DNA of 64,000 nt from the human T2T-CHM13v2.0 reference genome, Homo sapiens, in NCBI RefSeq assembly GCF_009914755.1, contig NC_060928.1, one strand, 5' to 3'. Positions 58,453-64,000 of the stretch are shown one piece after another. The number at the start of each line of letters is the position of its first letter. Positions within the stretch are counted from its first letter, which is position 1. Below the pieces are notes generated by a model that was given only the letters and a program-made list of their open reading frames with translations, was not told the DNA's origin and did not search any database. Made by a program: the position numbers and the translations under genes.

Positions 58453-59465
58453 TTACATTTTGGCATGATTTTGCAGAGGCTGGTACCGGTTGTTCCTTTC
58501 CATGTTTAGCGCTTCCTCCAGGAGCTCTTTTAGGGCAGGCCTGGTGGTGACAAAATCTCTCAGCATTTGCTTGTCTGTAAAGCATTTTATTTCTCCTTCA
58601 CTTATGAAGCTTAGTTTGGCTGGATATGAAATTCTGGGTTGAAAATTCTTTTCTTTAAGAATGTTGACTATTGGCCCCCACTGTCTTCTGGCTTGCAGAG
58701 TTTCTGCCGAGAGATCCGCTGTTAGTCTGATGGGCTTCCCTTTGAGGGTAACCCGAACTTTCTCTCTGGCTGCCCTTAACATTTTTTCCTTCATTTCAAC
58801 TTTGGTGAATCTGACAATTATGTGTCTTGGAGTTGCTCTTCTCGAGGAGTATCTTTGTGGCGTTCTCTGTATTTCCTGAATCTGAATGTTGGCCTTGCTA
58901 GATTGGGGAAGTTCTCCTGGATAATATCCTGCAGAGTGTTTTCCAACTTGGTTCCATTCTCCCCGTCACTTTCAGGTACACCAATCAGACATATATTTTG
59001 TCTTTTCACTTAGTCCCATATTTCTTGGAGGCTTTGCTCGTTTCTTTTTATTCTTTTTTCTCTAAACTTCCCTTCTCGCTTCATTTCATTCATTTCATCT
59101 TCCATCGCTGATACCCTTTCTTCCAGTTGATCACATCGGCTCCTGAGTCTTCTGCATTCTTCATGTAGTTCTTGAGCCTTGGTTTTCAGCTCCATCAGCT
59201 CCTTTAAGCACTTCTCTGTATTGGTTATTCTAGTTAGACATTCTTCTAAATTTTTTTCAAAGTTTTCAACTTCTTTGCCTTTGGTTTGGATGTCCTCCTG
59301 TAGCTTGGAGTAATTTGATCGTCTGAAGCCTTCCTCTCTCAGCTCGTCAAAGTCCTTCTCTGTCCAGCTTTGTTCCATTGCTGGTGAGGAACTGCGTTCC
59401 TTTGGAGGAGGAGAGGTGCTCTGCTTTTTAGAGTTTCCAGTTTTTCTGTTCTGTTTTTTCCCCAT
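58453..59465 (-). pseudogene. ORF1: LINE-1 ORF1p, disrupted
   Basis: MGKKQNRKTGNSK..QEIWD* nonsense at 59010; frameshift after FPNLAR; C-terminus ..YQPLQNHAKM in another ORF. Confidence 0.93.
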
Positions 59466-59920
59466 CTTTGTGGTTTTATCTACTTTTGGTCTTTGATGAT
59501 GGTGATGTACAGATGGGTTTTTTGTGTGGATGTCCTTTTTGTTTGTTAGTTTTCCTTCTAACAGACAGGACCCTCAGCTGCAGGTCTGTTGGAGTACCCG
59601 GCCGTGTGAGGTGTCAGTCTGCCCCTGCTGAGGGGTGCCTCCCAGTTAGGCTGCTCAGGGGTCAGGGGTCAGGGACCCACTTGAGGAGGCAGTCTGCCCA
59701 TTCTCAGATCTCCAGCTGCGTGCTGGGAGAACCACTGCTCTCTTCAAAGCTGTCAGACAGGGACACTTAAGTCTGCAGAGGTTACTGCTGTCTTTTTGTT
59801 TGTCTGTGCCCTGCCCCGGGAGGTGGAGCCTACAGAGGCAGGCAGGCCTCCTTGAGCTGTGGTGGGCTCCACCGAGTTCGAGCTTCGCAGCTGCTTTGTT
59901 TACCTAAGCAAGCCTGGGCA

Positions 59921-60229
59921 ATGGCGGGTGCCCCTCCCTCAGCCTCGCTGCCTCCTTGCAGTTTGATCTCAGAATGCTGTGCTAGCAATCAGCGAGACTC
60001 CGTTGGCATAGGACCCTCCGAGCCAGGTGCAGGATATAATCTTCTGGTGCGCGGTTTTTTAAGCCCATCGGAAAAGTGCAGTATTCGGTTGGGAGTGACC
60101 CGATTTTCCAGGTGCCATCTGTCACCCCTTTCTTTGACTAGGAAAGGGAACTCCCTAACCCCTTGCACTTCCCGAGTGAGGCAATGCCTCACCCTTCTTT
60201 GGCTCGCGCACGGTGCGTGCACCCACTGA
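59921..60229 (+). CDS. ORF0: LINE-1 antisense ORF0, 102-aa extended variant
   Basis: gcaATGg start; MAGAPPSASLPPCSLISECCASNQRDSVGIGPSEPG matches recalled ORF0. Confidence 0.7.
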   Translation: MAGAPPSASLPPCSLISECCASNQRDSVGIGPSEPGAGYNLLVRGFLSPSEKCSIRLGVTRFSRCHLSPLSLTRKGNSLTPCTSRVRQCLTLLWLAHGACTH

Positions 60230-60367
60230 CGTGCGCCCACTGTCTGGCACTCCCTAGTGAGATGAACCCGGTACCTCAGATGGAAATGCAGAAATCACCC
60301 GTCTTCTGTGTCGCTCACGCTGGGAGCTGTAGACCGGAGCTGTTCCTATTCGGCCATCTTGGCTCCC

Positions 60368-61066
60368 AGACCAATCACGTATTGTCTTGATAAACATCTC
60401 AAACAACAGAAAACAGCGTTTGAGATTAGAGAACCAGTCTGACCACAAATTTACCAGGGTGGAGTTTTTCCCCACCCTAGTAAACCTGAGGGTTCTGCAG
60501 GACACCAGGGCTTATCTCAGTCTTTATCTCAACTGAACAAAACAGACATTCCCAGAGCGGCGGTTTATAGACCTCTCTCCAGGAAAGCATTCTTTTCCCA
60601 GGGTTTTAAGATTAATATTCTTTGCTAAGAAAAGAATTTAGCAATATGTTTCCTACTTGCATGTCCATTTATAGGCTTTCTGCAAGAAGAAAAATACAGG
60701 TCTTTTTGCCTGAACCTGCAGGCAGTCAGACCTTATGGTTGTCTTCCCTTGTTCCATAAAAATCGCTATTATTCTGTTCTTTTTCAAGGTACAAGGTGCA
60801 CTGATTTCATATTGTTCAAACACACATGTTTTACATCAATTTGTATAGTTAACACAATGATCACAGTGCTCCTGAGGCGATGTACATCCTCAGCTTATGA
60901 AGATAACATGATTAAGAAATTAAAGTAAAGACAGGCATAAGAAATTATGAAAGTATTATTTGAGAACTGATAAACGTACATATTAAGATGAAATCTTCAC
61001 AGTTTATGTTCCTCTGCCATGGCTCCAGCTGTTCCCTCCATTCAGGGTCCCTGACTTCCTGTAACA
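60368..61066 (-). mobile_element. MER11 LTR (HERV-K HML-8), only its 5' ~700 bp
   Basis: Reverse strand starts TGTTACAGGAAGTCAGGGACCCTGAATGGAGGGA..GGCAGAGGAACATAAACTGTGAAGATTTCAT. Confidence 0.88.
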
Positions 61067-61185
61067 CTGGTGGAGAAAAGAAAAAAAGTTCAAAGTGCAG
61101 GACTGTGTTAACTGTTGACAGGGTAGAGAAAAGGAAAAAAAAGTTTAAGGTGCAGGGTTGAGTCTGGGGAAGAACCTCTTATTCT

Positions 61186-61378
61186 TTTTTTTTTTTGAGA
61201 CGGAGTCTTGCTCTGTCACCTAGGCTAGAGTACAGTGGTGCTATCTTGGCTCACTGCAAGCTCTGTCTCCTAGGTTCATGCCATTCTCCTGCCTCAGCCT
61301 CCTGAGTATTTGGGACTACAGGTGCCCGCCAGCACGCCTGGCTAATTTTTTGTATTTTTAGTAGAGATGGGATTTCAC
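61186..61378 (-). mobile_element. 5'-truncated AluY
   Basis: cactgcaagctc..ttcatgccattctcc; perfect 15-bp TSD agaacctcttattct (61171-61185 and 61379-61393). Confidence 0.93.
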
Positions 61379-62074
61379 AGAACCTCTTATTCTCATGCAA
61401 ATGGGTTCTTCCCACTGGGAGAGAAACTTAATAGCTGTCAGAAGGAGCTGGACTCCTTGGCTGGAGGAGGGGAAGATTCCACGGATGTGTGGTGGGGAAG
61501 GCAGGCCAGTTATTGGGTATCCTTGAGGCGTGAAGCCCAGCCTCAGCTGGAAGGAGAGGGAGCCGCTCTTTGACTGTCCATCCCCAAAAAAGAAAGAAAT
61601 TGTTGACATTCCCAACCCCTGAAAGCGATGGGGGTCGGGGCAGAAAGGAGGCACAATTTCTTCTACCCTCAGAAAAAGTCTGAGGACAAAAAGGCTTAGA
61701 AGCAAAAATGAAGAAGACTTTTCGGTTCACACCTTACTCATTCTTCCTTAAGCCCCAAGTCTGGGTGCCAAAATGTTGCAGAATTTTGCCTCTTAGTTCA
61801 GCAAAAACTGGGTTATTTTCACACGATCAGGAAAATGTAGAAACATGGAAACACTGAAGGGTGAGTAGAGCAGGATTTTATTGGGCAAAAACGGGGGGAA
61901 AAAAAAAGAAAAACAAACAAAAACCTTAACAAAGTGAGATGCAGTCCTGCTAACAGCCCCCCGCCCCTTCCCCCGCCACCTGCGAGATTGAATCCCAGGC
62001 CATCACAAAGGAACTGAAGAGGCCAGGCTCCTTCCCCTGCCTATGGCTCCACCCTGTTCCCCCAGTGCACACCT

Positions 62075-62094
62075 GAGCATGCTCAGACAAGGCC
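62075..62094. promoter_or_regulatory. Candidate p53 response element in the MER61 LTR
   Basis: GAGCATGCTC+AGACAAGGCC: 19/20 match to (RRRCWWGYYY)2, no spacer. Confidence 0.6.
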
Positions 62095-62366
62095 CTGGGC
62101 AGGTTCCCTTGTCTGTACAAATGCATCTGATGTAAACACTTGTGGAGCATGTCTGAGTTTCTCTGGAGATCCCCTTTTATCTGCTTAGGCATTTGACTAT
62201 CTCACTGAGACATGACCTGTTAGAAATGAGCCTTCCTAGCAACATGGGACCTAACCTTCTAGGAATAAACCATCCTGGTGATGAAGATTCAGACCAAACC
62301 TGTGACCAGAGACTCATTTTCTTTTACAATGCTTCTTCTGAAAGATTTTTAAGAATAGAGGGAAGT

Positions 62367-63060
<694 letters not shown>

Positions 63061-64000
63061 AAAAATATCAATTGGTTACTTAAATCATATTTCTTATTCC
63101 ACCCTTATGACGTTCTAATTTAGTTAGTTTAGAAAGTACAAAGTTACTAAAGTAGTGTCCTGTAAATATATACAGGAGAAGGAAGTCAAATACAAATTGT
63201 ATCTTTATAAATATATTTCAATCAAGAACATTAGGACTATTACTTTTAAATATTTTTAATTTTTAAATTTTTTTCTGATCCATCTGGATATATTTGACAT
63301 TAATACAATTGTGAGGTTGATTCAATAGCTGCAATGTTAAATAAAATAGACATTGAATGTATATCACTTTCCCAAAGATTTTAGAGATTTGATTAGGTTA
63401 AAAAACCTCATCAGATATTACATCAAGTATCTTAAGTTAAATCTGAAAAGAAATATTCCATAAAAATTCAAGACAATAATCTTGAAATATGTTTTATTTT
63501 ACTGCAATTTATCAGTAACACATTTGCAGAACTTATTTTTTTTTTAAGTTTACTTATTCTGTTTTCAGTCAAGTTACTTAAATTTTTACAGTAGCTCTTT
63601 ATCTGAGCATAGGGAAATGTGGGTCAGGTTTAAAAGGAGGCAGCAGTATTTTCCATTAGCATCTCATTAAAATACTCTTTCCAAAAGCAGTACTTTAATG
63701 ATAATGGGAATCAAGTACCTTGGATTACTATTAAATTTTAAAATAATTGTTAGAGATTTCTTTCTGTGGATATTGTTAATATTTTAAATTTACTAAAAAA
63801 TTGAAAACAGAGATATCAGTATATTATGAAAGTCATGCATAAAGATTTTAATGTTATTTGACCTTCATATGAAGATTAAATATTCATGTAAAATTTCATC
63901 TGATAACTTTAATTTCAAGTAATAATCTCACTATACTCTACATTGAAAAAATAAGAGAACAAAAAAAAAGAAAGGAAAAGTAACTCTTTTATGTAACTCT

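Larger units (their letters stand above)
61067..62204 (-). mobile_element. MER61-type 5' LTR (61774-62204) plus PBS and internal leader (61067-61773)
   Basis: tgttgcagaattt..cttagttcagc.aaaactgggtt..cactgaagggtgagtagagcagg..atctca; adjacent minus-strand TGGCACCCAGACTTGGGG is a tRNA-Lys-like PBS. Confidence 0.78.

Overview
AT-rich primate (almost certainly human-lineage) genomic DNA made almost entirely of interspersed repeats. I recognise no host protein-coding exon, and nearly all short ORFs in the track are repeat-derived or low-complexity noise. The left 43 kb is old LINE/SINE/MaLR debris: L1M, L2, MIR, Alus, a two-LTR MaLR element and two L1s with twin-priming inversions. The right 20 kb (43222-63060) is one old MER4-group ERV1 provirus with nested insertions: a complete 5.7-kb HERV-H with LTR7Y-like LTRs, a MER41 solo LTR, Alus, and a chain MER61 provirus > MER11 LTR > near-full-length L1PA2/3 (1158-codon ORF2, extended ORF0), cut by a deletion next to a (CA)n tract. 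The least expected signal is a set of short local copying events: three ~95-140 bp direct-orientation copies taken from 1.4-1.8 kb away, and an apparent gene-conversion patch between two L1s 30 kb apart. Subfamily names come from recalled consensus sequences and need RepeatMasker/Dfam confirmation. Identities are hand counts. I found no convincing new gene system; the novelty here is structural and mutational.
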